Source of the DNA: Fibrobacteria bacterium
GTDB lineage: Bacteria; Fibrobacterota; Fibrobacteria; UBA11236; JADFYW01
Assembly: GCA_050294405.1 (NCBI GenBank)
Contig: JBNKOC010000027.1
Location: 76,284 to 140,283 of the forward strand
Direction: 5' to 3'
Length of the DNA: 64,000 bases
The position numbers and the translations under genes were made by a program. This document shows, one piece after another, positions 18,459-29,023 of this stretch. The notes under the pieces are model-generated. The model saw nothing but the letters and a program-made list of their open reading frames with translations, did no database searches and had not been told where the DNA came from. The number at the start of each line of letters is the position of its first letter. Within the stretch, counting starts at the first letter, position 1.

Positions 18459-18980
18459 ATGAATTTTAACTGGACCAAAAGCATATACGGATCCAAGGAG
18501 AGTCCTGAAAAGGGATTCACTATTATGGAGCTTGTAATGGTATTGGCTATCATCACCATTTTGACCACACTAGCCGCTCCCAAATTTAAATCCTGGAAGG
18601 AAATAATTGATTTACACAATACCACCAGGCAAATAAAAGGGCAATTGGACTTTGCCAAGGTAAGGGCATTGACCAACCCACTGGTCCATTGTGGAGTTTA
18701 TTTTAAAACAAGTTCACCCTCTTACTCCGCCATCTTTTTTGACACTGCAATGGTTGGGTCATACGATTATAACATGGGCCAGGACCCCTTATATCAGGCA
18801 GCTTTGGAAATCCCCCCCGGTCTTAACGTTTCATTATCCATCCCAGGCGGCAAAGACGAGGTTATTTTCCGAGGAGACGGCTCCTCTAACACAAATGCAA
18901 ACATAATAATTTCCAATGGATTTATGTCTGATACCATTAACATTCTTGCAAGCACTGGCAGAATTAAAATATTAAAATGA
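18459..18980 (+). CDS. FimT/GspH-like minor (pseudo)pilin
   Basis: Prepilin cleavage G|FTIMELVMVLAII with Glu5; C-terminal IFRGDG..TGRIK. Confidence 0.85.
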   Translation: MNFNWTKSIYGSKESPEKGFTIMELVMVLAIITILTTLAAPKFKSWKEIIDLHNTTRQIKGQLDFAKVRALTNPLVHCGVYFKTSSPSYSAIFFDTAMVGSYDYNMGQDPLYQAALEIPPGLNVSLSIPGGKDEVIFRGDGSSNTNANIIISNGFMSDTINILASTGRIKILK

Positions 18981-19381
18981 AAATCAAAAATCAGCGCCAT
19001 CAATCCGGTTTTGCTCTAATGGAAATTTTAGTCGCTATGGCCATTCTTGGGGTCGGTTTCAGTTTTATTTTAATGTCAGATAAAATTTCCTGGAATACCA
19101 CGAAAAGTTCAATAAAGATGCTGAAAGCCGGGCACTTAATTGAAAAGAATATTGAGCAGCTTAGAATACATATAAGCTCAAATCCAGCAGCTAACTTTCC
19201 TCCTACAGACACCAGCTTCACTGAAGATGGAATTACATTTCAACGAAAAATAACAACGGCTTACTCTCCAAAAACGGGAACCGCCCTATCTAACATCCGA
19301 AAATTGGAAATAACTACCGCTTGGGGTAGTAGCGTAAACGATTCTTTAAATATTCAAACTTACATATCCAGAGATTTTTAG
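18977..19381 (+). CDS. PilV/GspI-like minor pilin
   Basis: G|FALMEILVAMAIL; short head ending LEITTAW; ATGA overlap with upstream gene. Confidence 0.85.
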   Translation: MKIKNQRHQSGFALMEILVAMAILGVGFSFILMSDKISWNTTKSSIKMLKAGHLIEKNIEQLRIHISSNPAANFPPTDTSFTEDGITFQRKITTAYSPKTGTALSNIRKLEITTAWGSSVNDSLNIQTYISRDF

Positions 19382-19382
19382 C

Positions 19383-20180
19383 ATGTTTCACTTTAGCAAC
19401 AGCAGTTCCGGGTTTTCCATTTTAGAACTCATGGTAGCCATGATGATTTCAGGAATATTTTTGTTAGCACTGGGAAAAATGTTAAATGATACTCAAGTAA
19501 GCTACCAAGCTCAAAGTGAAATATTAGAGGTAAATCAAAATGCTCAGTACACCATAAACAAGTTATCCGATGCCCTGATGGAAGCGGGAGCAACCCTCCC
19601 CTCTGGGGGATGGAATATCATAGAAACAGCTTCCAACCCTTCTGACAGTTTTAAAGTCCATATTAATCCTGAAGGAGGATATCAGGTTATCCAACAAAGT
19701 TCCATTACCACAAACAAAATCCCTGTAGACAATGGAGCAGGATTTAGCAAGGCGTTAAAAATCAAATACATTCCTTATAACCCGGTAATGTTCAAGGCAG
19801 ATTTAAATATTGAAACCAGCTACAATTCAAATGGGTATGTAGATGGGATAAAAACAGTATCTGGATCCTATGATTCTGTAAAAGTTACTACCACTAAAAC
19901 TTTTTATAAAGGTGACACTATATACTCTTACTCCTCACATAACTACTACAAAAACGGAACAAACTTGTATTACAATAATGAAATTTTTGCAGAAAATATT
20001 GATACTCTGGCCATAACCTTTTTAGATGCGAGCCATAGCATCACTTCCAATTGGGATAACATGGCATTTATTGACATTAAAGTAACAGCCAGGTCTTTAA
20101 GTAATAATACTCTAAGTGTTGGAGATGGTTACCGACGCTCAACCTTATCGAAAAAGTTTCGCTTAAAAAATAAAATTTGA
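19383..20180 (+). CDS. PilW/GspJ-like minor pilin
   Basis: G|FSILELMVAMMIS; QNAQ..L..AG helix; FAENIDTL, IDIKVTARS, FRLKN C-terminal patterns. Confidence 0.85.
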   Translation: MFHFSNSSSGFSILELMVAMMISGIFLLALGKMLNDTQVSYQAQSEILEVNQNAQYTINKLSDALMEAGATLPSGGWNIIETASNPSDSFKVHINPEGGYQVIQQSSITTNKIPVDNGAGFSKALKIKYIPYNPVMFKADLNIETSYNSNGYVDGIKTVSGSYDSVKVTTTKTFYKGDTIYSYSSHNYYKNGTNLYYNNEIFAENIDTLAITFLDASHSITSNWDNMAFIDIKVTARSLSNNTLSVGDGYRRSTLSKKFRLKNKI

Positions 20181-20188
20181 GGCATTGC

Positions 20189-21898
20189 ATGGCGACTAAT
20201 CATTTAAAAAAAGAAGGCGGATTTGCGATTATTGCCACTCTGTTAATTTTATTGGGCGTCACTATTATGGCCATTGGCGCTCTATATAACGGCCAAATCA
20301 GCAATATGATTGCCAACAATTATAAAAAGAAAATTCAGTCCTTTTATTCCTCCGATGGTATGATGACATTGCTCACACAGGAAATTATTGATGGCCGCGG
20401 AAACAGTTATGCGCCGCTTGTAAATTACAACAATGGCATTACCATGGAAGTTTGGAATGGGATTTCCGGAAATAGTATTTCAAGTCTTATCAATAATCCC
20501 GACTACCCAAATTATCCATCCACTACTACCACCTTAACATCTTATTTTGAAGCGCCCTCAAATTACGGCAATAATTTTGGAGCTAGAATACATGGTTATA
20601 TCCATCCTCCAGATAATGGATTTTATAATTTTTGGATAGCAGCCGATGACAATTGCCAGCTCTATTTAAGCACAGATGACAATCCCGAAAATATTAAAAA
20701 AATTGGGGGACACACGTCATACACAAATTCCAGAGAATGGACAAAACACCCTAATCAATTATCCGCCCCCATTTATTTGAAAGGAGGGGAGCGCTATTAT
20801 ATTTGCGCTTTATACAAAGAAGGCAATGGAGGTGATAACTTAGCTGTAGGTTGGGGCTGGTATAGAGACGATTTTTCATGGAATATGGAAAGACCTATCC
20901 CAGGAAGCCGGCTATCACCCTTCGGGTCTATACTGTCGCAAGGAAGTGACACTATTCAATTTGCTGGGTTTAATTTAAAGTATGAAATAACCGAAACCAG
21001 AAAAGATATGTTTACAATTGGCACAGAATCCTTTTTAAACAATTTTGGATCGAAAAAAACTTTTGCCACTCCTTTATTACAATCCATTGACAGAGGCTAT
21101 GAAGGAATTAATATCGACAATTCACAATCTAGCGTTAAACTTCCAGTAACATTTTACGACCACAAATCCCGGGCAACCAGCGATCCCTGTGATAACAACC
21201 CCTTTAACCCCTGTCCCATATCGGGTCTTATGACAGGACTGGTCCAGGATACACTTGGCCAAAATGGCCTTCCTTTGTTTAAACCTCACCCTTTGTTAAA
21301 TAATGGCTGCACAAACTGCGGGTTTTATAACGATAAGGTTGGCAAATGGTTTACGGCCAATCCCCCTGCATGGGTGCCCGGAAGTGAACTCTTTGATATT
21401 ATCTATAAAGATTCGCTTACATTTACAAAACTGCCTAATGGGAGTTACCGCTACCAAAACAACAACTTTTTTCCTTTGGATAACTTCCCTAACACTCTAG
21501 TTAAACAGGGGTTGGAAAGCAACATATATGGTAGTGATTTCAATTGGCATAACTTTGGGTTTGCCATGCACATGACCAGGCGTTTTACCTACAACGCTGC
21601 AACCGCCCCATACCAAAATTTTTACTTTACCGGCGATGATGATGTTTGGGTGTTTATTGATGGAAAATTAGTAATGGATTTGGGAGGCATTCATACTGCA
21701 GTAAGCGGAAGCTTTAATCTAAAAATTGTTGCCGATGCCATCGGACTTATTGATGGCCAAACATATAACTACGACTTTTTCTACGCCGAAAGACATTGCT
21801 GTTCCTCGACCATCCAAATTACCACTAACATTAATTTGTTTGATCCTCCAACTCCTCCCAAACGAAGCTGGCAAAGGGATTATGGCTATTTAGATTGA
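20189..21898 (+). CDS. PilX-like minor pilin carrying a PA14 domain and a fibro-slime domain
   Basis: G|FAIIATLLILL without Glu5 (PilX/GspK trait), QSFYSSDG; PA14 NFGARIHGYI..FWIAADD..KEGNGGDNL; fibro-slime HNFGF..FTGDDDVWVFIDGKLVMDLGGIH..FFYAERH. ATG 20189 after GAGG. Confidence 0.88.
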   Translation: MATNHLKKEGGFAIIATLLILLGVTIMAIGALYNGQISNMIANNYKKKIQSFYSSDGMMTLLTQEIIDGRGNSYAPLVNYNNGITMEVWNGISGNSISSLINNPDYPNYPSTTTTLTSYFEAPSNYGNNFGARIHGYIHPPDNGFYNFWIAADDNCQLYLSTDDNPENIKKIGGHTSYTNSREWTKHPNQLSAPIYLKGGERYYICALYKEGNGGDNLAVGWGWYRDDFSWNMERPIPGSRLSPFGSILSQGSDTIQFAGFNLKYEITETRKDMFTIGTESFLNNFGSKKTFATPLLQSIDRGYEGINIDNSQSSVKLPVTFYDHKSRATSDPCDNNPFNPCPISGLMTGLVQDTLGQNGLPLFKPHPLLNNGCTNCGFYNDKVGKWFTANPPAWVPGSELFDIIYKDSLTFTKLPNGSYRYQNNNFFPLDNFPNTLVKQGLESNIYGSDFNWHNFGFAMHMTRRFTYNAATAPYQNFYFTGDDDVWVFIDGKLVMDLGGIHTAVSGSFNLKIVADAIGLIDGQTYNYDFFYAERHCCSSTIQITTNINLFDPPTPPKRSWQRDYGYLD

Positions 21899-22806
21899 GC
21901 TCGGAAAATACCTGCACTTGTTCCTGCATATATGAATTCGCCGGCTTTGGAAAGGGACAACAGTTGTGTTCCCTCTGCAATTCCAGAGCTAAATTTCACC
22001 CAAGTCTTTCCATCATCGGTGGAAAAAAATATACCGTCTTTATTAGTACCAGCATAAAGTACCTCATTGGCAGATAATAAACAGGTTATCCCCTCAAGAC
22101 TTGAGTTATACACATTCCATTTAACGCCATTGTCTTTCGAAAAATAGACTTCGCTCCGGCTAACAGCAAACAACTGAGTCTTATGTGTCCCAATTTGGCT
22201 TAGTTGAATGTTGGAAATTCCAGAATCCATTTTATCCCAACCTGTTCCAAGGGTCATAAAAATTCCGCTGTTTTCACTAGCTGCAAAAACCATTTTTAAA
22301 ATACCTGTAAAAGAAATTATGCTAACATTATCTGGAATACCGGAATTCATATTTGCCCATGTCATTCCGTTGTCTATTGATTTGTAAACTCCTTCGCCGG
22401 TACTCGCAAAAAAGATACCGTGAAAACCCCAAAGAGACCATACAGGATTATTTGACATTCCCACAGTGCCGCCCGGCTCCCAATTAATAACCTTTGATAA
22501 AGAACGAGCCAAACCCTCAGTGGTGCCCGCAAAAAGAATATTATCAACCGCAAATAAGGATAAAACACCTGCATTTTTATAAGGAGCAGGTACGATTATC
22601 CAATTTACTCCCTGATTATTTGAGCGATAAAGGACTTTATTAATAGCAACAAAGACACTGTTATTGGATTCACAAATAGCCCCTACCTTTCCACCTGGCA
22701 AGCCATTTACCAAAGCCCACTCTCCATACAGTACAGGCGGCCAGACAACAAATAAAATTGCAAAAAAATGTATTTTAAACCTTAATTTCATAAATAAAGA
22801 AGCCAT
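21886..22806 (-). CDS. Secreted Asp-box/BNR-repeat beta-propeller protein
   Basis: Signal peptide; repeats RSNNQGVNW, KSIDNGMTW, FSKDNGVKW, FSTDDGKTW and LFAGT/LYAGT. Confidence 0.85.
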   Translation of the reverse strand: MASLFMKLRFKIHFFAILFVVWPPVLYGEWALVNGLPGGKVGAICESNNSVFVAINKVLYRSNNQGVNWIIVPAPYKNAGVLSLFAVDNILFAGTTEGLARSLSKVINWEPGGTVGMSNNPVWSLWGFHGIFFASTGEGVYKSIDNGMTWANMNSGIPDNVSIISFTGILKMVFAASENSGIFMTLGTGWDKMDSGISNIQLSQIGTHKTQLFAVSRSEVYFSKDNGVKWNVYNSSLEGITCLLSANEVLYAGTNKDGIFFSTDDGKTWVKFSSGIAEGTQLLSLSKAGEFIYAGTSAGIFRAQSK

Positions 22807-23022
22807 TGCGTATCCTCTAAAGATACAGAAAAATAAATCAAAAAAATGAGCTCTCTGTTTTTTTCCTTACTTGGAGCTATATTATTTAAAAGTCAAATAT
22901 ATGCTTTTTACTGGGTACTGGAGTCATTACTCCAAAAAACAACATCTGTTAGCTATTCTTTGCAGATAGGCGACATTAGAATAATTCTAATCTAATTATG
23001 AATTAGCTACAAGGAGGGATAG

Positions 23023-24768
23023 ATGCTCTTGAGATCCACCATTTCTGTTTTTATTCATTTTCACAATAAAATAATATGGTTTATTGCATTCGTTCTTTGT
23101 TTCGCACATAACCTTGAAGCACAACTGAAATCACACCCTGGTTACGACATAGTTGATGTTACCGTATCGGGTTTTAACAAGGGTATCACAGGGTTGGACT
23201 TTTTACCCGATGGTAGAATGGTTGTTCTCACCTACAGAGGCAATATGGACAAACCCAGTGTTCAAGGAAATGATTTACCCCTAACTCGGACCGAATGGGG
23301 AGAAGCCTACATCATAGATAACATTGGTGGTTCAGGCAGCGCTACCGCCACCAAAATATTTGACAAATTTATTGATGCTATGGGGGTTTTGGTTCATAAT
23401 GGAAATATTATCGTAGCTGACCAGAATAAACTCCTTAAGTTGGTGGATAATGGAAGCGGTTCCTACGAAGCCGAAACCCTAGCCGATATCCCTACCGGCG
23501 ATGGCTGGTTCGAATACTCATTCGGTCCAGTGGCGCCAGGAGACGGTTATTTTTATGTTGGCAACAGCAACCACACCGAGCCCCCCATTGGCTATCTTAC
23601 AGAACAAGGAGCTCCCGATAGAGGAACTATTATCCGAATTCCAGAGGAAGGAGGCGACTATGAAGTATATGCTACAGGTATCCGTATGCCGGATGGCATG
23701 GGCATAGGGCCAAATAACCAACTCATTGTCACAGAAAATCAGGGCATTTGGCGACCAGCCAGCACTCTTGAACACATTCAACAGGGAAAATTTTATGGCT
23801 ACGCCCATGACGAGGCAGATAGAAACCCCGATGACGTAACTCCACCTAGCATCTGGTTGCCCTACCAAACCTTCGTGAATTCCCCTACCCAACCAGTTTA
23901 TATGAAGTCAGGTCGATATAAAGGACAAATGTTGTTCGGAGATTGGGGAAAGTCAGGCTTATTCCGGGCTTTTTTAGATCCCATTAAAGACAAGAATGGA
24001 GAGGATACTTACCAGGGAGCTTGTTTTTTTGTTACGGATGGGTTTAAGCAATACGCCTTAAGATTACACCTTGATCCCAATACTGGCGAGATATATACCG
24101 GTAATATAGGAATGGCCGCCACAGGACCTGGTCCACAAAAAGTTATTCCAAATGATGATGTTTCCGTATTTGAAATGCTCGCTATTAGAGCTCGCAATGG
24201 CGGAATGGAAATTGAATTTACGGAGCCGGTCGGAGATATGGCCAGCCAAACCAACATGTACAGTCTTGAACATTGGTACTACGAATTTAACATCGAATAT
24301 TACAATGACCCAATGGGCATAACTGATTTGGATATTTCAGGAGTGCAAATTTCTGAAGACAAAACTAAAGTTTTTCTTGAAATCAGCAATTTAACTACTG
24401 ATAGAGTTATCCATTTTGAATTAAGTGGCAATCTGAAATCACAAAATGGAGGAAGTTTGTTATATAACGAAGCTTGGTACACACTTAATTACATGAATCA
24501 AAGTGAACCGTTTACCTCGGTCAACCCTAACCATAGAGTAATCCCTTCTGATGTTAGCATAAATAATGCTGCAGGCAATATTTATTTTGAATGGTCTTTA
24601 AATTACAATAGCCTTTCCATTTTCAATTTAGATGGATCTGAAATCGACAACTTCAATATCCGGGGGCTCACTGAATTTAAAATTCCAAAGGATTATCAAT
24701 ATAAGGGAGTCTTGCTTGTTCAGTTGAAAGGCAATGAGTTCTCTTCTCTCAAAAAAGTTGCGTTTTAA
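23023..24768 (+). CDS. Secreted beta-propeller protein (sorbosone/glucose dehydrogenase-like fold) with C-terminal sorting-like tail
   Basis: Signal peptide; GLDFLPDGRMVV, YATGIRMPDGMG, ENQGIWRP, SPTQP, YKGQMLFGD; tail SIFNLDG..GVLLVQL..KKVAF. Confidence 0.7.
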   Translation: MLLRSTISVFIHFHNKIIWFIAFVLCFAHNLEAQLKSHPGYDIVDVTVSGFNKGITGLDFLPDGRMVVLTYRGNMDKPSVQGNDLPLTRTEWGEAYIIDNIGGSGSATATKIFDKFIDAMGVLVHNGNIIVADQNKLLKLVDNGSGSYEAETLADIPTGDGWFEYSFGPVAPGDGYFYVGNSNHTEPPIGYLTEQGAPDRGTIIRIPEEGGDYEVYATGIRMPDGMGIGPNNQLIVTENQGIWRPASTLEHIQQGKFYGYAHDEADRNPDDVTPPSIWLPYQTFVNSPTQPVYMKSGRYKGQMLFGDWGKSGLFRAFLDPIKDKNGEDTYQGACFFVTDGFKQYALRLHLDPNTGEIYTGNIGMAATGPGPQKVIPNDDVSVFEMLAIRARNGGMEIEFTEPVGDMASQTNMYSLEHWYYEFNIEYYNDPMGITDLDISGVQISEDKTKVFLEISNLTTDRVIHFELSGNLKSQNGGSLLYNEAWYTLNYMNQSEPFTSVNPNHRVIPSDVSINNAAGNIYFEWSLNYNSLSIFNLDGSEIDNFNIRGLTEFKIPKDYQYKGVLLVQLKGNEFSSLKKVAF

Positions 24769-24907
24769 TGTAAGGTTAAAAGGTTAACCCAATTTTCCGC
24801 TAGAAAAATCAAGTCTTAAGGCTTTTGCTTTGCTCCAATCTTCAATTGGTAAAGCCTAAAATTTACATTATACGTTCAGTAGCTTTAACTTCTAATTTTA
24901 TTAAGGA

Positions 24908-26989
24908 ATGAATAAACTAAAACAAACTGGCGGGTGGTGGAAAAATGGCGGATTAGCACTTTTATCCATCCTTATCTTTGCCGGTATCTTAGAAGGTATA
25001 GGGGTTTTACTACGAATAGAGCCGCTAGCCCTCTCCCAAGACAGCATGATGAGATATGCTTCAAGTACCCCTCTCTTCATTCCCTCCCCTTCCGATCCAA
25101 AAAAAATGACGACGGCTCCCAATAAATTGAAACCTTTTAATATTCAAACTTTTCTGAAAAAAAAACCAAAGGGGACAAAACGAATATTCTGTTTGGGAGG
25201 CTCCACAACTTATGGGCGCCCTTATAATGACAAGGCATCCTTTTGCAATTGGTTAAGGCAAATGCTTCCCGTAGCAGATCCCACAGCCGATTGGGAACTC
25301 ATTAATGCGGGTGGAATTTCTTATGCCAGTTACCGTATTGCCGAGTTGATGAAGGAACTAGTAAAATACGAACCCGACCTGTTTATTTTGTATTCAGGAC
25401 ATAATGAATTTCTGGAACAACGTACATACGCCCACATTGCAAAATTGCCATTTATTGTAAGACAGAGTGCCTGGATTTTAGAACACACCCGTGGATATTC
25501 TCTTTTAAAACGCGTTTACATGTCTATACGGAATTCAAAGGCTCCAGACAATGAAATCCATACTATGCAGGCTGATGTAACTGCCATTCTGGATAACAGC
25601 TATGGTCCAAAGTTCTACAGTCGGGACGACACCCTGAGCCGAAATATTATAACTCATTATAAACAGTCTGTTTCCAGAATTATTAACAAAGCAAAATACG
25701 CCAACGCCAATATTCTTGTTATCTCCACTCCTTCCAATCTTCTCCATTGCTCGCCATTTAAAAGCCAATATTCTTCCAGCTTAAACCAAGCCCAAAAATT
25801 AAAACTTGACTCTTTGCTAAATGTTGGTAAAAAACATTTCAATAAGGGAATGTATCCCTTATCCTTAAAAATATTTAAAGCTGCCCATAACATCGACAAG
25901 CGTCATGCTGAGGTCTTATATTTTTTGGGCAAATCCTATTTTGAAACAGGGGAACCCCAATTAGCTTATACTTATCTTCAAAAGGCTAAGGACGAAGACA
26001 TCTGCCCACTTCGAGCATTTTCAGATGAGCCACGCTGGTTGGAACATATCGCTAATGAGGAAAAGGTGCCTTTTTTGGACTTTAATAGCATTTTGGAAGA
26101 ACAGTCCATGGAAAAAACCGGACATCGGTTACTGGGCAAATCCGACTTTTACGATCACGTTCACCTAACTATTGAAAACCACAAGTTGCTTGCCATAAAG
26201 ATCATCGATAAAATGGCGAAATACCAGTTACTTCAGACAAGCCCCCATTGGAAAAAGAATATCCAGGGAATTTCCAAAGATGTTATGGCAAGTCTGGATA
26301 AACGCGCCTATGGATTTGCCATGCACAATTTGGCTAAAGTTTTAAACTGGGCGGGAAAACACGAAGATGCCGTGTTAGCTGCAGAAAGCGCCTTAGCTGT
26401 TGTGGATGATGACATTCAGGCTTTAGGCAGTGCTTTATACATTGGCACCTCTTATCAGAGAAAAAAAATGCTGGATAGTGCCATTTATTATTACCAACTT
26501 GCCTTTAGACTGGATTCCAATAACTTTGAAGCCAACGATTTTTTGGGAAAGGCCTATTTCCTTAAACAATCTTTTTCGGAAGCTGAACCTTTTTTGGAAA
26601 GAGCTTTAAGGCTTTCCGGAAATAATTCTCAAGATTTATTAGCAAAGCTTGGACAGCTTAATATTTTTCTCAAGCGTCCGGAAAAAGCATTAGCGTTTTT
26701 TGAACGACGAGCGAACCTCTCACCCCATAACCCTAAAGCCCAATGTGATTTTGGTTACGCTCTTTTACATGCTTATCAAATAAATAGAGCCGAACTAATT
26801 TTTAGTAGAATCATGCAAGCCTCTCCCAATTACCCCGATGCCATGGCAGGTATTGGTGAAGTACTAATGGTTAAAAATCAGCCAACGGAAGCCATAAAAT
26901 ATTTTTCAAGGGCTATGGAGGCAGACCCTACAAATCTGCGTTATCAAAACTTAATCCAACGCCTACTTAATTATGAGAAGCCTAATTAA
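24908..26989 (+). CDS. Membrane-anchored SGNH/GDSL hydrolase with TPR repeats
   Basis: N-terminal TM; FCLGGSTTYG, NAGGISYAS, YSGHNEF, DHVHL; multiple TPR helices. Confidence 0.85.
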   Translation: MNKLKQTGGWWKNGGLALLSILIFAGILEGIGVLLRIEPLALSQDSMMRYASSTPLFIPSPSDPKKMTTAPNKLKPFNIQTFLKKKPKGTKRIFCLGGSTTYGRPYNDKASFCNWLRQMLPVADPTADWELINAGGISYASYRIAELMKELVKYEPDLFILYSGHNEFLEQRTYAHIAKLPFIVRQSAWILEHTRGYSLLKRVYMSIRNSKAPDNEIHTMQADVTAILDNSYGPKFYSRDDTLSRNIITHYKQSVSRIINKAKYANANILVISTPSNLLHCSPFKSQYSSSLNQAQKLKLDSLLNVGKKHFNKGMYPLSLKIFKAAHNIDKRHAEVLYFLGKSYFETGEPQLAYTYLQKAKDEDICPLRAFSDEPRWLEHIANEEKVPFLDFNSILEEQSMEKTGHRLLGKSDFYDHVHLTIENHKLLAIKIIDKMAKYQLLQTSPHWKKNIQGISKDVMASLDKRAYGFAMHNLAKVLNWAGKHEDAVLAAESALAVVDDDIQALGSALYIGTSYQRKKMLDSAIYYYQLAFRLDSNNFEANDFLGKAYFLKQSFSEAEPFLERALRLSGNNSQDLLAKLGQLNIFLKRPEKALAFFERRANLSPHNPKAQCDFGYALLHAYQINRAELIFSRIMQASPNYPDAMAGIGEVLMVKNQPTEAIKYFSRAMEADPTNLRYQNLIQRLLNYEKPN

Positions 26990-27006
26990 AATGGTATTTT
27001 AATAAT

Positions 27007-27519
27007 ATGGGATTAAGGATATTTATCAAACTTCAGGCGAGCATTTATTTGTCTTTTACCTTTCTGGCTTTCTGCGATAAACCAGCTCATTCCGCTGAAC
27101 TAAAAATTGAAAAAAATCTGAATACTAATTCTTTGGAAAATTGGCTTGGTATCTACGAATATTCAGAATGGTATTTGCCACAAGGGAAAAAAAATAAATT
27201 GCTTCTCACTTATAATCTTTATATCACTGAATCAGACACGAACATTAGCTGCATTTTTGAAATTAACGGATTAAAGCAAAAAGAGCAGGCACAGTGTTCA
27301 CTTCAATTAGAAAGCCAAAACTTGAATGTATATTTTAAAAGCCATCTATCTGAGAGTTATGGCGGACAGCTATCTAGAAAAAATCATTTGTTTGAACTTT
27401 CCCAAGATCCAATGGGTAGTTTGACCACAAGATGGGTTGAATTTTCACCCAAAAATGAAACTTCCGAAGAAGGCTCTTTTTTTATCAAAGTGGATCCCAA
27501 CAAACAGGACAGCGAATAA
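27007..27519 (+). CDS. Hypothetical exported protein
   Basis: Signal-like N-terminus, WLGIYEY motif, 170-aa ORF co-oriented with upstream gene. Confidence 0.6.
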   Translation: MGLRIFIKLQASIYLSFTFLAFCDKPAHSAELKIEKNLNTNSLENWLGIYEYSEWYLPQGKKNKLLLTYNLYITESDTNISCIFEINGLKQKEQAQCSLQLESQNLNVYFKSHLSESYGGQLSRKNHLFELSQDPMGSLTTRWVEFSPKNETSEEGSFFIKVDPNKQDSE

Positions 27520-27520
27520 A

Positions 27521-28879
27521 TTAAGAGTTAACTATTATTTTGCCTGAGTAATGCTTCCGGCCCAGGTTGATTTGAAAATAATACAGGCCCGGACTTAAAC
27601 TAACTCCCTGGGAATCCTTTAAATCCCAAGTTATTTTGGTCGATGTTTCTCCATTTAAATTGGAAATCACAATCACAGTTTTTTTAGTCTTGTCCAAAAT
27701 TTTAATTTGAGATTTTATTGGGCTGTTTTTTAGGTTCCTAAAGGAAAATAAAATTGATTTGGAATTTTTTTGAACTACCCAAAAGGACGATGGCCCCGTA
27801 TAGTCGTAATTGTCCGATGGCAGATAAACAAGCTGGGCCATGTTTTTTGCCCAGTACTCACACCATTTAACCTCTCCCCTGGCGCTCAAGTGAACTCCAT
27901 CTTCAGATAAATACTTCGGATTTGATTTTATTAAGGAATAAAAATCAACAAGCCCTTTCCTCTTATTCCAGTTGTAAAAATCTGGGCTATAGCGAGCAAT
28001 AAGAGGATCATATATTTTATATACATAAGGCCCGGATCCATTGCTGTCGGGAGGAACAATATAGGGTTCAGCGTATTTTCTATAACTTATTCTGGACAAT
28101 ACAGGAATTTTTCCTGCCTTTTTTATTTCCTCTAACAGAATTTGAAGTGAATTTTGTAATTCTTCTGCTCCGCCTGGATAAGGCCTGTTTTTAGAAATGT
28201 TGTTACCCCCGACGTGCAACAATACAAAACTGGCGTAGGGATGCGATTCAAACATGGCAGGCAAGGCTCCAATAACATCCTCCACCCCCCAACCTTTAAC
28301 AGCCATATTAAACAAAATTGGGTTGGAACCTGATACTCTTCTGCGAATTTCCGGGTTAAAAATACTGTGGCGCATACTTTGGTTTTGAATACTGGCTCCT
28401 AATGCCAACCAGTAATCATTAATATGCTGCGAAGAAGGTTTATATATCCCCAAATTCCAGACCTTGACGGCCTTTTTGCCCTTTCTAAATAATCTGAAGC
28501 GATATCGGTTTTCGCCTTCCAACCGAAAACTTACTTTATTCAAAAATGGTCCAGGTTCCAGGTTTTCGATGTTTTTCCAAATTCCTTTGGCAGAATCCAA
28601 CAGTTCTTCAAAGACACCTGATGTATACGGAGCTACATTGTAAGTTAAGATATAGTCTGACGCTTCTTCAGATTCGATTCTAAAACTAAACCAACTGTCT
28701 CCAGGCCCCGTGGTATTCCAGCTGGCCTGTTTTTTCTTTTTTAAAGAAAAAAGAGAGCTTTTATTTTCGCTGGCTTCAATGGACTTAGCTGCAATAAACC
28801 AATTGCCCTTAGGCTTTAGGGGATTTTCCTGGGCTGCCCAGGAAAAGCTGACCAAAAAAAGAATAGCAATGGCTTTCAT
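27521..28879 (-). CDS. Secreted SGNH/GDSL hydrolase with C-terminal FlgD-Ig-like domain
   Basis: Signal peptide; ALGASIQ, NMAVKG, VGGNN, DGVHL; tail ITWDLKDSQGVSLSPGLYYFQI. Confidence 0.8.
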   Translation of the reverse strand: MKAIAILFLVSFSWAAQENPLKPKGNWFIAAKSIEASENKSSLFSLKKKKQASWNTTGPGDSWFSFRIESEEASDYILTYNVAPYTSGVFEELLDSAKGIWKNIENLEPGPFLNKVSFRLEGENRYRFRLFRKGKKAVKVWNLGIYKPSSQHINDYWLALGASIQNQSMRHSIFNPEIRRRVSGSNPILFNMAVKGWGVEDVIGALPAMFESHPYASFVLLHVGGNNISKNRPYPGGAEELQNSLQILLEEIKKAGKIPVLSRISYRKYAEPYIVPPDSNGSGPYVYKIYDPLIARYSPDFYNWNKRKGLVDFYSLIKSNPKYLSEDGVHLSARGEVKWCEYWAKNMAQLVYLPSDNYDYTGPSSFWVVQKNSKSILFSFRNLKNSPIKSQIKILDKTKKTVIVISNLNGETSTKITWDLKDSQGVSLSPGLYYFQINLGRKHYSGKIIVNS

Positions 28880-29023
28880 CCAGTTTAAATTAATTTTCCC
28901 AATTTATTGCGGGTAAAAAAGATTTGGGATATACAGGGCTGTTTTAAAATAGGGTTTCACTGCCCTCTTTTAAACTCGGTTTTGACATTGTTTGCGCATT
29001 TTTGACTGTAAAAATTAAAAACC

